A DNA stretch of 64,000 bases from Prochlorococcus sp. AG-355-B18 (GCA_003280965.1 QCDI01000009.1:1-64000); one strand, 5' to 3'; positions 1 to 10,608 are shown, counted from the first letter of the stretch. Made by a program: numbers and translations. Notes: generated from the sequence alone by a model not told the origin.

Positions 1-387
1 AGGATTTTGTCAAAAGAAGGAAGTTCGGATGCTGGTGCGCTTAGTATAAAAATGCAACTGCTATCAAAAATAAAAAAAATTTGCGACGTAGCCCCTTCAT
101 CATTTAGTCCACCTCCTAAGGTTTTTTCATCTTTAGTAGTTTTCGAACCGCTAAAAAATAATTTACGATTAGACATTAGTGTAGAAAAATATATAGACAA
201 ACTTCTTCGCATTTCATTCAATTCAAGAAGAAAAATGCTTAGGAATACTCTTAATTCAATACTTTCAAATGAAGAGATAAATCAATTATCTGAATCGTCA
301 AAAGTTTGTTTTAATTTAAGACCACAAGATATTTCAATTGATCAATGGATTAAGCTTGCAGAAAATTGTATTAAAATTAAAAAATAA
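1..387 (+). CDS. rsmA: 16S rRNA adenine dimethyltransferase RsmA/KsgA, C-terminal part (5' truncated by window edge)
   Basis: Frame is open from base 1. Motifs [21 protein letters not shown] and [11 protein letters not shown] are typical of the KsgA C-terminus. Directly upstream of ispE, as is usual in cyanobacteria. Confidence 0.92.
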   Translation, partial: RILSKEGSSDAGALSIKMQLLSKIKKICDVAPSSFSPPPKVFSSLVVFEPLKNNLRLDISVEKYIDKLLRISFNSRRKMLRNTLNSILSNEEINQLSESSKVCFNLRPQDISIDQWIKLAENCIKIKK

Positions 388-398
388 GGTTTAAGTAT

Positions 399-1334
399 AT
401 GCAAGATTTAGCTAAAGGCAAAATTATTATAAAATCTCCTGCCAAAATAAATTTGCACCTAGAAGTTATTGGAAAAAGAGAGGATGGATTCCACGAATTA
501 GCAATGATTATGCAAAATATTGATCTTTCTGATTTTTTGGAATTGGAAATTAATAATGAAGGTCTAATTAAACTTGAAACTGATTGTAGTGAATTAAGCA
601 TTTCTAATGATAACTTAATTGTTAAATCAGCAAATCTATTAAGGAAAAAATTAAATATAGAATATGGTGCAAATATATTCTTAAGAAAAAATATTCCAAT
701 TGGGGCAGGATTAGCTGGTGGATCAAGTAATGCAGCAGCAACACTAATTGGACTTAATAAATTATGGAATTTAAATCTAGATAACAAAAAATTATGTTCA
801 TTGTCATCAAAACTAGGATCAGACATTCCTTTTTTTATTAATGGTGGGATTCAATTATGTTTTGGAAGAGGCGAAATTCTAGAGAAATTAGATTCAAACT
901 TTGAATATGGTGTGCTTCTTTTGAAAAATCCAAATGTATCAGTATCTACAGCTGATACTTATAGAAAATATAGTAGTAGTTTTTGTGATAAATATTTTAT
1001 GAGTGAAGATAAGATTGAGAAAATAAGAAATAATTTAAGGGATAATGGTTTAAAAAGATTAAATTTTGATAATGAACATATGATTATAAAAAATGATTTG
1101 CAGTTAGTTGTTGAAAAAGAGAATGATTCTGTGAAGCAGGCATTATATTTACTTTCTACTTTAAAAAATTGTCTGACATATTCAATGAGTGGATCAGGTC
1201 CAACTTGCTTTGCTCTCTTTAAAGATTTTGAGACAGCTAAAAAAGAATTAAACTCAAATTATAAATTATTTAAAGAAAAAGGATATGATTCATGGGTTTG
1301 TACTTTACTTGAAAAGGGAATAACATTTATTTAA
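399..1334 (+). CDS. ispE: 4-diphosphocytidyl-2-C-methyl-D-erythritol kinase
   Basis: PAKINLHL, GHMP kinase motif IPIGAGLAGGSSNAA, LGSDIPFF, MSGSGPT. Confidence 0.96.
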   Translation: MQDLAKGKIIIKSPAKINLHLEVIGKREDGFHELAMIMQNIDLSDFLELEINNEGLIKLETDCSELSISNDNLIVKSANLLRKKLNIEYGANIFLRKNIPIGAGLAGGSSNAAATLIGLNKLWNLNLDNKKLCSLSSKLGSDIPFFINGGIQLCFGRGEILEKLDSNFEYGVLLLKNPNVSVSTADTYRKYSSSFCDKYFMSEDKIEKIRNNLRDNGLKRLNFDNEHMIIKNDLQLVVEKENDSVKQALYLLSTLKNCLTYSMSGSGPTCFALFKDFETAKKELNSNYKLFKEKGYDSWVCTLLEKGITFI

Positions 1335-1357
1335 ATTTTCCATTAACAAAAAAATTT

Positions 1358-1666
1358 ATGGCCGATAATATTAAAAATAATGATAATGTCGAAAATAATA
1401 TTCCTGAAAAAGGACCTTTAAATTTTTTAATTGGATCATTAACGAGTTTTTCATTATTTGTATTTTTTTATTTATTAAGTAATAAAATTGCAATATATTT
1501 TTCAATACACAAACCATCCAATTCTTCTGAAATAGTCCAAAGTATCTCTTCTAGTATTAATACCTTAATAATTGGACTATCTTTTTTGCTAACTTTTTCT
1601 TTTGCTTTTATAGGTATTGGACTTTTCTTTGTATTTATTCGCAGTTTTTTTATGAAGAAAAGTTGA
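1358..1666 (+). CDS. Conserved cyanobacterial two-helix membrane protein (DUF3082-like)
   Basis: 102 aa with two hydrophobic segments and KGPLNFLIGSLTS. Family name is from recall. Confidence 0.65.
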   Translation: MADNIKNNDNVENNIPEKGPLNFLIGSLTSFSLFVFFYLLSNKIAIYFSIHKPSNSSEIVQSISSSINTLIIGLSFLLTFSFAFIGIGLFFVFIRSFFMKKS

Positions 1667-1700
1667 ATTGCCAATATTATAAAAAAAACAGTTACTTTGA

Positions 1701-1796
1701 ATGTCCTTACATGACTTAGGCCTCTTAATTCTTTTGCTTTCACCAGGAATGATTTTATCAATATTACTACTCATTACATTTGCAGAAGGAGGATGA
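1701..1796 (+). CDS. Small hydrophobic protein, 31 aa (MSLHDLGLLILLLSPGMILSILLLITFAEGG), not in ORF track
   Basis: ATG at 1701, TGA at 1794-1796. Fills the gap between co-oriented genes and has one TM-like segment. Confidence 0.55.
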   Translation: MSLHDLGLLILLLSPGMILSILLLITFAEGG

Positions 1797-1845
1797 ATTA
1801 ATCAAAGTGGTAGGATTGTATATGTGATTAATTAGGTAATTAATT

Positions 1846-2829
1846 TTGGCTGGAACATTATTGTTTAATGCTTTGAAAGAGGCTATTGATGAAGAAATGG
1901 CAAATGATGTTAATGTTTGCGTGATGGGTGAAGATGTCGGACAATATGGAGGTTCTTACAAGGTAACTAAGGATTTATATGAAAAATATGGTGAGTTAAG
2001 AGTCCTAGATACCCCAATTGCAGAAAATAGTTTTACAGGTATGGCTGTTGGCGCAGCAATGACTGGGTTAAGACCAATAGTAGAAGGAATGAATATGGGT
2101 TTTTTGCTTTTAGCTTTTAATCAAATATCAAATAATATGGGGATGCTTAGATATACAAGTGGTGGAAATTATAAGATACCAGCAGTAGTTCGTGGTCCTG
2201 GGGGTGTTGGTCGACAGCTCGGTGCTGAACACAGTCAAAGACTTGAAGCATATTTTCATGCAGTTCCTGGCATAAAAATTGTGGCATGCAGTACTCCTAC
2301 AAATGCTAAAGGTTTAATGAAAGCAGCGATAAGAGATGATAATCCTGTTCTATTTTTTGAACATGTTCTCTTATACAACTTGTCTGAGGAATTACCTGAT
2401 GGAGACTATACCTGCGCTTTAGATCAGGCTGATGTCGTAAAAGAGGGTAAAGATATTACTTTATTAACCTATTCAAGGATGAGACATCACTGTCTTAAAG
2501 CTGTTGAAGAATTAGATAATAAAGGAATAGATGTTGAGTTAATTGATTTGATAAGTTTAAAACCATTTGATATGGAAACTATCGCCAAATCAATAAGAAA
2601 AACAAATAAAGTAATTATCGTTGAAGAATGTATGAAGACTGGAGGTATTGGTGCAGAGTTGATTGCCTTGATAACAGAAGAGTGTTTTTATGATCTTGAT
2701 GCAAGACCAATTAGATTATCTAGTCAAGATATCCCAACTCCTTATAATGGCAATCTTGAGAATTTAACAATAATCCAGCCACATCAAATAGTTGAAAAAG
2801 TTGAAAATTTAATTAGTGGGAGTATATAG
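1846..2829 (+). CDS. pdhB: Pyruvate dehydrogenase E1 beta subunit
   Basis: [33 protein letters not shown] start. Confidence 0.97.
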   Translation: MAGTLLFNALKEAIDEEMANDVNVCVMGEDVGQYGGSYKVTKDLYEKYGELRVLDTPIAENSFTGMAVGAAMTGLRPIVEGMNMGFLLLAFNQISNNMGMLRYTSGGNYKIPAVVRGPGGVGRQLGAEHSQRLEAYFHAVPGIKIVACSTPTNAKGLMKAAIRDDNPVLFFEHVLLYNLSEELPDGDYTCALDQADVVKEGKDITLLTYSRMRHHCLKAVEELDNKGIDVELIDLISLKPFDMETIAKSIRKTNKVIIVEECMKTGGIGAELIALITEECFYDLDARPIRLSSQDIPTPYNGNLENLTIIQPHQIVEKVENLISGSI

Positions 2830-2832
2830 TCA

Positions 2833-4302
2833 ATGAAAAGAAGGCAAGGCTGGCTTTTTTTTATTATATTCCTACTTACGTTATCTGTTTATCTATTAAT
2901 AAATTATCCCTTACAGTTGGGATTGGATTTGCAAGGGGGTTCTCAACTTACACTACAAATTATTAAAGAGGAAGGGAAGGTAACAAAAGATGAACTTGAG
3001 GCCGTTAATTCAGTTATTGATAGACGCGTAAACAATTTAGGGGTTTCAGAGTCTAACTTGCAAACCCTAGGTGGAGATCAATTGATTTTAGAATTACCTG
3101 GAGAACAAAATCCATTAGTAGCCTCAAGAGTTTTAGGTAAGACTGCTTTATTAGAATTTAGGACTCAAAAAGAAGGAACATCTAAAGATTTAAAAACCTT
3201 GCAACTTCAGAGATTGAATATTAGAGAATTGATTGAACAATATTTATCTTCAGAAAAAAATCAATATGACGATAATTTTTCAAAAATTATTCAAGATGAT
3301 CTTAAAGAGATAGAGCAAGAATTAAATTACTCATCAACTAGTAATGATTTATTTAGCAAGTTAATTGAAATTAAAAAATATGTTAATAAAGAAATTACAA
3401 ATTTATTTATTAAAACAGACTTATCTGGTAAGGATCTTATTAACGCAGGCAGGAGACAAGAGCAAACAAATAGTAATTGGGAAGTTTTATTAACTTTTAG
3501 TAATTCAGGAGGTGAAAAGTTTGCAGAAATTACAAAATCAATTGCTGGCACTAATCAACTGTTGGCTATCATTCTTGATGGCGAATCAATAAGTGAAGCC
3601 AGTGTTGGTAGTCAATTTGTTAATACTGGGATTACAGGTGGATCAGCAACAATAAGCGGTAACTTTACTGCTGCAAATGCTAGAGAATTAGAAGTTCAAC
3701 TTAAAGGGGGTTCATTGCCATTGCCAATTGAAATAGTAGAAACTAATACTATAGGGGCTCTGTTGGGATCCAAAAATATTTTAAAAAGTCTTTATGCAGC
3801 TATTAGTGGATTAATTTTTGTAGGTATATTTATGATTTTTAATTATAGAATTTTAGGTTTTGTTTCTGTTCTTTCTCTAGTACTTTATGGCTTCTTTAAC
3901 TTAGCCCTATATTCTTTGATTCCTGTAACTTTGACTTTACCTGGAATATCTGGTCTTATACTTAGTATTGGTATGGCTGTTGATGCAAATATTCTAATAT
4001 TTGAGCGAATTAGAGAAGAATTATATGATGGTAATACACTTACAAGATCTATTGATAGCGGTTTTCAAAGAGCTAATTCATCCATAGTTGATGGCCATAT
4101 TACAACTCTTCTAAGTTGTTTTGTTTTGTTTTTATTAGGAACTAATTTTGTTAAAGGTTTTGCTGCAACATTAGGTATTGGAGTCTTAATAAGCTTGTTT
4201 ACTTCATTAAATTGTTCTAAAACTATTTTGCGATTTTTTACAACATATCAATCTTTAAGACAAAAAGATCTCTATCTACCCAGGAATGATTTTGCAAATT
4301 AA
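2833..4302 (+). CDS. secD: Protein translocase subunit SecD
   Basis: LGLDLQGG, RVNNLGVSE, GMAVDANILIFERIREE, six predicted TM helices. Confidence 0.97.
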   Translation: MKRRQGWLFFIIFLLTLSVYLLINYPLQLGLDLQGGSQLTLQIIKEEGKVTKDELEAVNSVIDRRVNNLGVSESNLQTLGGDQLILELPGEQNPLVASRVLGKTALLEFRTQKEGTSKDLKTLQLQRLNIRELIEQYLSSEKNQYDDNFSKIIQDDLKEIEQELNYSSTSNDLFSKLIEIKKYVNKEITNLFIKTDLSGKDLINAGRRQEQTNSNWEVLLTFSNSGGEKFAEITKSIAGTNQLLAIILDGESISEASVGSQFVNTGITGGSATISGNFTAANARELEVQLKGGSLPLPIEIVETNTIGALLGSKNILKSLYAAISGLIFVGIFMIFNYRILGFVSVLSLVLYGFFNLALYSLIPVTLTLPGISGLILSIGMAVDANILIFERIREELYDGNTLTRSIDSGFQRANSSIVDGHITTLLSCFVLFLLGTNFVKGFAATLGIGVLISLFTSLNCSKTILRFFTTYQSLRQKDLYLPRNDFAN

Positions 4303-4323
4303 ATTTTTATTTCTAATTTTCTC

Positions 4324-5238
4324 ATGAAATACAATCTTGAACTAATAAAAAATAAAAGAAAGATAATTGGTTTTTCAACCGTTCTTATTTTGTTGAGTCT
4401 TTTAGGAATTTTATATTCTACTTTCAATACTTCTTATAAGAAACCTATAAATTTAGGCATGGATTTTGTTGGAGGTAATGAACTGAGAATAGAGAGAGTT
4501 TGTGAAGGGGAATGTTCTAATTTTTCCCCTGATTCAGTTTTAGAAAACTTAAGAGAGATTTCTAAAAATAAAAATGTTTTAAATAATATTAAATTACAAT
4601 TTCAAAATAATAATAAATTAATTTCAATAAGAACACCTTATTTGAGTATAGAAGAATCAAATAATCTTATTACTAATCTTGATAACATTATTGGACCTCT
4701 AAATTATGAAAGTAAGGATTCAAGATTAATAGGTCCAAAGCTTGGGAAAAGATTACTTACTAATTGTGTTACTTCATTATTAGTTTCTTTATTTGCAATA
4801 TCTCTATACATAACAATTAGATTTGATAAAAAATATGCATTATTTGCATTATTAGCTTTATTCCATGATTTATTAATTGTTTTCGGAATATTCTCTTGGT
4901 TGGGAATTATATTATCTGTCGAGGTAAATAGTTTATTTGCTGTTTCCTTGTTAACTATTGCTGGTTATTCCGTAAATGACACTGTTGTTATTTTTGATAG
5001 AATTCGTGAGAATTTAAAATCAAAGAAAGAAGGCTATAACGAAACTATTCAATTATCAGTAAACGAATCATTTAGGAGAACAACTTTTACCAGTATTACA
5101 ACCATTATTCCATTATTAAGCATAATTTTGTTTGGATCTTACTCGCTATTTTGGTTTTCTTTAGCCTTATCATTTGGAATTATAGTTGGTAGTTATTCAA
5201 GTATTTTGTTGGCTCCATCTTTATTGCTTAAAGACTGA
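4324..5238 (+). CDS. secF: Protein translocase subunit SecF
   Basis: LGMDFVGG, GYSVNDTVVIFDRIRE. Follows secD. Confidence 0.97.
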   Translation: MKYNLELIKNKRKIIGFSTVLILLSLLGILYSTFNTSYKKPINLGMDFVGGNELRIERVCEGECSNFSPDSVLENLREISKNKNVLNNIKLQFQNNNKLISIRTPYLSIEESNNLITNLDNIIGPLNYESKDSRLIGPKLGKRLLTNCVTSLLVSLFAISLYITIRFDKKYALFALLALFHDLLIVFGIFSWLGIILSVEVNSLFAVSLLTIAGYSVNDTVVIFDRIRENLKSKKEGYNETIQLSVNESFRRTTFTSITTIIPLLSIILFGSYSLFWFSLALSFGIIVGSYSSILLAPSLLLKD

Positions 5239-5255
5239 GTTTAAGCTTCTAATTT

Positions 5256-5438
5256 ATGAAATTGAATTACTATTTGATAATTTTATTTTCTTTAGTTTTA
5301 ATAGACCTCTCTACTGAGCTACGAATATTATTTGATCATTTTACTTTTAGTTCACTATATTTTGCTATTGGTAAACATCCTTTAGCTTTTTTTATACTTT
5401 TTTCCTACCCATATTTATATAAGAAATTAATTAAGTAG
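5256..5438 (+). CDS. Small hydrophobic hypothetical protein (60 aa)
   Basis: Fills the gap after secF without overlap. Two hydrophobic stretches flank ELRILFDHFT. Confidence 0.6.
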   Translation: MKLNYYLIILFSLVLIDLSTELRILFDHFTFSSLYFAIGKHPLAFFILFSYPYLYKKLIK

Positions 5439-5441
5439 TTT

Positions 5442-6485
5442 TTAAATATCTTTAAATGATTCTTTTATTAAAACCTGTATTACTACAGCTAATGGAAGAG
5501 ATAGTATTAAGCCTAATGGACCAAAAATGAAGGTGAATCCAAATTGTGATATTAATGTCAAACCAGGAAGTAAGTTTGCTTTTTTCTTCATAATAGATGG
5601 CATTATTATATAGCTTTCAATATTTTGAATGATTACATATGCTCCTAAAACGGCCAGTGGCTTCCAAAAATTATCTAATAGTGCAATTGAAATTGGAAAT
5701 ATACCACTAATAACTGGTCCTATGTTTGGAATTATGTTAAGAACCATTGCTATTAAGGCATTTGAAACAACATATTTGACATCTAATATAGATAAAACTA
5801 TTAATGATAATAAACCTACTGATAATGAGCTTATGACCATAGAAAAGGTCCAATTTGCTAATGCAATATTGCACTTTTCCAGAATATTTCTAAATTTGTT
5901 GCGATAATTTTTTGGTATTAATAGAAGTATATTTTCTTTATACTGTTTTGGTTCAAAAGAAATCATCAAACTCACTACCAATACAAATATTAATTTCAAA
6001 AGACCTGAACCCAGATTACCTGCTATATTTATTAAATTCTTTAAACTTTCTTGAATAGCTTTTGCAATAGTTGAGGCATCTGGAATAGTAACTACATTAT
6101 CTATAAGACTAAATATGTCTAAAAAATTTTCTGATTGTTCACCATAAAATAGGTTATTAAATTTGTTCAGATTTGTATTAATCAAAATATTTATTTTTGA
6201 TAAACCATTTGGAATATCAACTAGTATTTCATTGAATTCTTTTATAAACGGAGGCAATACAAGAATAAAAATAGTAAATACTATTACTGATATAACAGTT
6301 AAGACAAGAAATAAAGAAAGCGATCGCGGGATTTTTAAACCCTTTTGCATTTGATTACATAAATTACAAACAATATTTGAAATTACTAAAGAACAAATTA
6401 TTAAAAGGAGAAAATCTCTCAAAGTCCATATTATAAACGAAGTGATTAAAATTACTACTAATTTGAAATATGATGAACTACTCAA
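5442..6485 (-). CDS. AI-2E (PerM/UPF0118) family transporter
   Basis: Multi-TM protein with NIIPNIGP, QNIESYIIMPSIM and FGPLGLILSLPLA family motifs. Confidence 0.88.
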   Translation of the reverse strand: MSSSSYFKLVVILITSFIIWTLRDFLLLIICSLVISNIVCNLCNQMQKGLKIPRSLSLFLVLTVISVIVFTIFILVLPPFIKEFNEILVDIPNGLSKINILINTNLNKFNNLFYGEQSENFLDIFSLIDNVVTIPDASTIAKAIQESLKNLINIAGNLGSGLLKLIFVLVVSLMISFEPKQYKENILLLIPKNYRNKFRNILEKCNIALANWTFSMVISSLSVGLLSLIVLSILDVKYVVSNALIAMVLNIIPNIGPVISGIFPISIALLDNFWKPLAVLGAYVIIQNIESYIIMPSIMKKKANLLPGLTLISQFGFTFIFGPLGLILSLPLAVVIQVLIKESFKDI

Positions 6486-6498
6486 TTTTCAAAATATT

Positions 6499-6852
6499 CT
6501 ACTTCTTCTCAGAATATCCTAATCCATTTGATTTGGCATAACTATTTGCAAATCTCATAAATCTATCAAAGTCTGATGTGTTCTTCCAAATATAAACTGC
6601 TTCTAAAAATATGGGTTCTCCATCAACAAACTTTACTTTAACTTCTCTAGTTAGTATTTCACCTTCGGAATCAATCATTCGCATACCTGTGATTTCACCG
6701 TCTGTAATTGAAGATAATGCCTGAGGTTTTTCAAACAAAAATAATGCTTGGCCGGTAGTACCATCTTTACTCCTAGTCAGTCTTATTTCAGGCACTACTG
6801 GTTCATCAGTTCCTTGATAAAATTGTATTTTTGCAGTTTTATTTGCTGTCAT
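6499..6852 (-). CDS. psb28: Photosystem II assembly protein Psb28
   Basis: [23 protein letters not shown] and [15 protein letters not shown]. Confidence 0.95.
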   Translation of the reverse strand: MTANKTAKIQFYQGTDEPVVPEIRLTRSKDGTTGQALFLFEKPQALSSITDGEITGMRMIDSEGEILTREVKVKFVDGEPIFLEAVYIWKNTSDFDRFMRFANSYAKSNGLGYSEKK

Positions 6853-6912
6853 AATATTCTGATAATAATGTTTTATCTTAGGAGATATTTTTCACTTTTG
6901 TTTGCAATTATT

Positions 6913-7956
6913 TTATAAAACATCATTTATTAAATCTAGTATCCTTTCATCATATTTTCTGTCGGTTAGATCTAATAACTTTATATTTGTTTTACCAACC
7001 TTTTCAAATTCATAACACTTATCATAATAATCTAGAACTGATCTGCAAACTAGATCCCATTTCTCATTATTAATTGATTCAAGAGCTATTTTTGTTCTTT
7101 GAGGTCCTAATCTTTTTTTTATTCTTAATACAGATTCTTGAAGTTCCTCTTTACTAAAAAAACTATAAGTACCTATCAATTCATCTAACCTGTTTGATTC
7201 GCTTCTTAAAATCTCAATTCTCCTTGAAGCTTTCATCTGATTAAAAAATTCATGTGGAATTTTGCATTTGCCAATATTTGAACTTTCAGCTTCTACAAAA
7301 ATTTTATTAATCGATATGAAAGAATTTAATTTTTCAGCAATTTTATTTTCAAATTGTTCGTTTGAAGGTTGTTCTTTCATCCCTAGACCACCAAATGTAC
7401 TTCCTCTATGACAAGCAAATCCTTCAAGATCTATAGTTTGATAATTATATTTCTCTAGTAATGTCAATAACTTTGTTTTCCCAGTACCTGTTTTGCCTCC
7501 AATAATTACAATATTCCACTTTTTTGAGAAACTATCTAATATCCATCTTCTATAGGTTTTGTATCCTCCTTTAAGCGTAATGGGATTAAATTTATATTTT
7601 TCTAGTAACCATGAAATACTTTGTGATCGCATACCTCCCCTAGAACAATATATTCTGATTGATAATTCATTATTTTTTATACCAAGTTTAGTTTTATGTG
7701 AGTCAATATTAATAAATAAATTATCAAGAAGTAATTCCATTTTTTTTTCTAAAAATTTTAATCCTTCTATTACAGCTTTTTCTCTTCCTTGTTTTTTATA
7801 AATTGTTCCGATTATTGATCTCTCTTCATTATCAAATAATGGAATATTTATAGAATTAGGCATATGTCCTTTATAATATTCACTCGGGCTCCTAACATCT
7901 ATAAGTGGTCCATTTAAACTTCTAAATTTATCTAGTTCTTTTCTTTTGAAATGCAT
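6913..7956 (-). CDS. selU: tRNA 2-selenouridine synthase (rhodanese plus P-loop)
   Basis: DVRSPSEY, CSRGGMRS rhodanese active site, GKTGTGKT P-loop, DLEGFACHRGSTFG, YYDKCY. Confidence 0.93.
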   Translation of the reverse strand: MHFKRKELDKFRSLNGPLIDVRSPSEYYKGHMPNSINIPLFDNEERSIIGTIYKKQGREKAVIEGLKFLEKKMELLLDNLFINIDSHKTKLGIKNNELSIRIYCSRGGMRSQSISWLLEKYKFNPITLKGGYKTYRRWILDSFSKKWNIVIIGGKTGTGKTKLLTLLEKYNYQTIDLEGFACHRGSTFGGLGMKEQPSNEQFENKIAEKLNSFISINKIFVEAESSNIGKCKIPHEFFNQMKASRRIEILRSESNRLDELIGTYSFFSKEELQESVLRIKKRLGPQRTKIALESINNEKWDLVCRSVLDYYDKCYEFEKVGKTNIKLLDLTDRKYDERILDLINDVL

Positions 7957-7984
7957 GGATAGTTTTAATTTTTAGGATAATTTA

Positions 7985-8710
7985 TTGAAAATGACTAACA
8001 AAGAACAAGATACCTACAGTAATGCTACATCAAATCTAATAAAAAAATTTGTAGATTCTAATCAAAGAAAAAGAATAAATTTATTAACTCAAATAGAAGC
8101 TGAAGTCGAAAATATTTTTAAACTAGGCCCTTCATTGTTCGAAATTTTTGATAATGATGGAGATGACTGGCCAGCTGGTTGGATATTGCAAATTTTAAAA
8201 AAATATAGGCCTGACTTCTTTTATAACACTAAGTTCAATAATTGGTTTAATACTTATTCTGATATTGATATCAATTATGAAGAATTACAATTAATGTTAG
8301 TGGAACAAAAATTTGAAGAGGCTGATAGATTAACAAGTTCATACCTGCGACAGTTGGCTGGCAAATTAGCTGAAAAACGTGGATATGTTTTCTACAGTGA
8401 GGTTAAGAACATGCCAAGTAAAGATCTTCAAACAATTGATAGATTATGGAATATATATTCTACTGGTAGATTTGGCTTTTCAATTCAAGCAAAAATTTTA
8501 AAATCAGTAGGAAAAAAATATGAATTATTGTGGCCTAAAATAGGCTGGAAAAAAGAAGGTTTATGGACACGATATCCTGCATCATTTTGCTGGTCATTAG
8601 ATGCTCCTGATGGACATATGCCTTTAATAAATCAATTAAGAGGAGTAAGACTTATGGACTCAATACTAAGGCATCCAGCTATAGCTGAAAGACATAATAA
8701 TATACTTTGA
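7985..8710 (+). CDS. gun4: GUN4/Ycf53 porphyrin-binding Mg-chelatase cofactor
   Basis: FEEADRLT, DLQTIDRLW..YSTGRFGFSIQ, APDGHMP. Confidence 0.85.
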   Translation: MKMTNKEQDTYSNATSNLIKKFVDSNQRKRINLLTQIEAEVENIFKLGPSLFEIFDNDGDDWPAGWILQILKKYRPDFFYNTKFNNWFNTYSDIDINYEELQLMLVEQKFEEADRLTSSYLRQLAGKLAEKRGYVFYSEVKNMPSKDLQTIDRLWNIYSTGRFGFSIQAKILKSVGKKYELLWPKIGWKKEGLWTRYPASFCWSLDAPDGHMPLINQLRGVRLMDSILRHPAIAERHNNIL

Positions 8711-8760
8711 AATTTAGGTATTTAATAAGCTAAAATTTTAACTAGTATCAAAATATTATT

Positions 8761-9195
8761 ATGTCCTTATTTCAGGGCAAAAATATTTTAAAAAAATTCT
8801 TTAAGAAGCCAAGAATTAATTGGTCAAATTATGAATTTCAATCTTCATTACAGTTAAGTGAATTTGTTGATCAATTATTAGAACCAGTTAATAAATCTCA
8901 ATCAAGTTATCTTATCAAACTTGGCTTACATGAAGCTCTTGTAAATGCAGTTAAACATGGAAATAAATTAGATCCTCAAAAAAGTATTAGAGTCAGACGA
9001 ATTATTACTCCTAATTGGTGTGTTTGGCAAATTCAGGATCAAGGTAATGGTTTAGAAATAAAAAAAAGAAACTATAAATTACCAAAAAAAATAAATAGTA
9101 TAAATGGACGTGGACTATATATTATTCATGAATGTTTTGATGACATTAGATGGAGTAGTAAAGGCAATAGGCTTCAGTTGGCTTTAAAGAGGTGA
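8761..9195 (+). CDS. Anti-sigma-factor-like (RsbW/SpoIIAB) HATPase_c protein
   Basis: N box EALVNAVKHGN, G1 box DQGNG, G2 box GRGL. Single domain of 144 aa. Confidence 0.85.
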   Translation: MSLFQGKNILKKFFKKPRINWSNYEFQSSLQLSEFVDQLLEPVNKSQSSYLIKLGLHEALVNAVKHGNKLDPQKSIRVRRIITPNWCVWQIQDQGNGLEIKKRNYKLPKKINSINGRGLYIIHECFDDIRWSSKGNRLQLALKR

Positions 9196-9437
9196 TTTTT
9201 ACTCGGGCAAGGTTGATCCACGTTAATTTCTTTAAGCCATTTAATACTTTCTTCCATGTAGTCAATAGCCTCTTTCTCATTACAAGAAATAATTAATTGA
9301 CATAATCCTGCTGAAATAAGTTCTGCCGATCTCTTATATTTATTTCCTTTTTCCTTATGCCATTTTGAATGATCAATTTTTAATTTACCATTAAGATTTT
9401 GAACAAGCTCAATAGTATCCTTATCCCAATATGTCAT
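9174..9437 (-). CDS. Conserved cyanobacterial hypothetical protein (DUF6439-like)
   Basis: 87 aa with WHKEKGNKYKRSAE and C-terminal DQPCP. Co-oriented with the upstream methyltransferase. Family name is from recall. Confidence 0.7.
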   Translation of the reverse strand: MTYWDKDTIELVQNLNGKLKIDHSKWHKEKGNKYKRSAELISAGLCQLIISCNEKEAIDYMEESIKWLKEINVDQPCPSKNHLFKAN

Positions 9438-9449
9438 AGAAGTTTTTAT

Positions 9450-10505
9450 TTACTTTACAGCAGACCATACTTTGGTCATGAAAAAAGAATTTGATTTCAC
9501 ATTCTTAAAACCTACTTCTTCAATTTTAGAGTTTATATCTTCCTTAATGTAATCACAATAGAATGGCTCATGAAAAGTTTTATAGAAATTTTCCATGATG
9601 GATATAAAGTCAGGAGAATCATTTATTTGAATCGAATCAGCTAGAACTAATGTTCCTCCTGGCTCAAGAACTCTAAAAAATTCATTTAATACTTTAGCTC
9701 TAATTGTTCTTGGTAATTCATGAAATAAATAAACACATGAAATGCATTGAAAGCTATTATCTTCAAATGGTAATTCTTCAGCATTAGCTTTAATTAGTTC
9801 AATTAAATCACCATCTAAATCCGAAATATATCTACTTGCCTCTTTTAGGTATGAATCGGATAAATCGATTCCTGTAATTTTTTCTTTAGGGAATGCTACT
9901 CTTAATTGCTTTAGCGTTCTTCCTGAACCAGTAGCCACATCAAGCATTTTTATAGAACTTTTCTTTCTATTACTAAAATATTCAAGACCTTCTTTTATTG
10001 GCTTTATTATTCTTCTCCTCATGGAGTCAGCACTTCCATTAAAAAGTATTTCAACTTGTAAGTCGTAGATACTAGCTGAAAAATCTGATAAATAACCATC
10101 TGTTTGATGATGAAAGTTTCTTAAGTAATATTGAGGATAATTATCTTTTTCAATTGATTTTGGAAGATCATCAAAGTTTTGTTTTCTGCGTCTTTCCCAT
10201 GTAATAGGCATATCTAGCCAAATTTTAGGGTATTGAGTTAAATATCTAAGCCAAGGCTCATCAAACAATAATTTTTTTGGATAAATATTGTTTTCAGCGT
10301 CATTCCAATCTTCCTCTCTTAAGAGATCCATTGAATTTTGAATTTGTTGTAGAAGATTTTTATCAATATCAAAATTTTCAAGCTTTGAATCAGGAAGAAT
10401 AAAATTCATTATCCTTGAACTTATTTGCTTATGCGCAAATCCAGCAATGCTTTTACTCTGTTGGAGCGTTTTATATGCAATTTTTGAAATAGATTCCCTA
10501 GCCAT
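9450..10505 (-). CDS. Class I SAM-dependent methyltransferase
   Basis: LDVATGSG motif I, GIDLS, AEELPFEDNSF, RVLEPGG, YPQYYLRNFHHQTDGYLS. Confidence 0.9.
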   Translation of the reverse strand: MARESISKIAYKTLQQSKSIAGFAHKQISSRIMNFILPDSKLENFDIDKNLLQQIQNSMDLLREEDWNDAENNIYPKKLLFDEPWLRYLTQYPKIWLDMPITWERRRKQNFDDLPKSIEKDNYPQYYLRNFHHQTDGYLSDFSASIYDLQVEILFNGSADSMRRRIIKPIKEGLEYFSNRKKSSIKMLDVATGSGRTLKQLRVAFPKEKITGIDLSDSYLKEASRYISDLDGDLIELIKANAEELPFEDNSFQCISCVYLFHELPRTIRAKVLNEFFRVLEPGGTLVLADSIQINDSPDFISIMENFYKTFHEPFYCDYIKEDINSKIEEVGFKNVKSNSFFMTKVWSAVK

Positions 10506-10533
10506 TTTTTAATATGTCTATATATATTCCAAC

Positions 10534-10582
10534 AAAAAAAAAATCAATTTGAGAATATTTTGTGATAATTCTCAAATTGATT
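10534..10582 (-). terminator. Rho-independent terminator of glnA
   Basis: Perfect 15-bp inverted repeat AATCAATTTGAGAAT (10542-10556) / ATTCTCAAATTGATT (10568-10582) with an 11-nt loop, followed on the minus strand by a T run. Lies 26 nt after the glnA stop. Confidence 0.8.
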
Positions 10583-10608
10583 AAGGTTTTAACTGAGAGA
10601 TATTCTAC

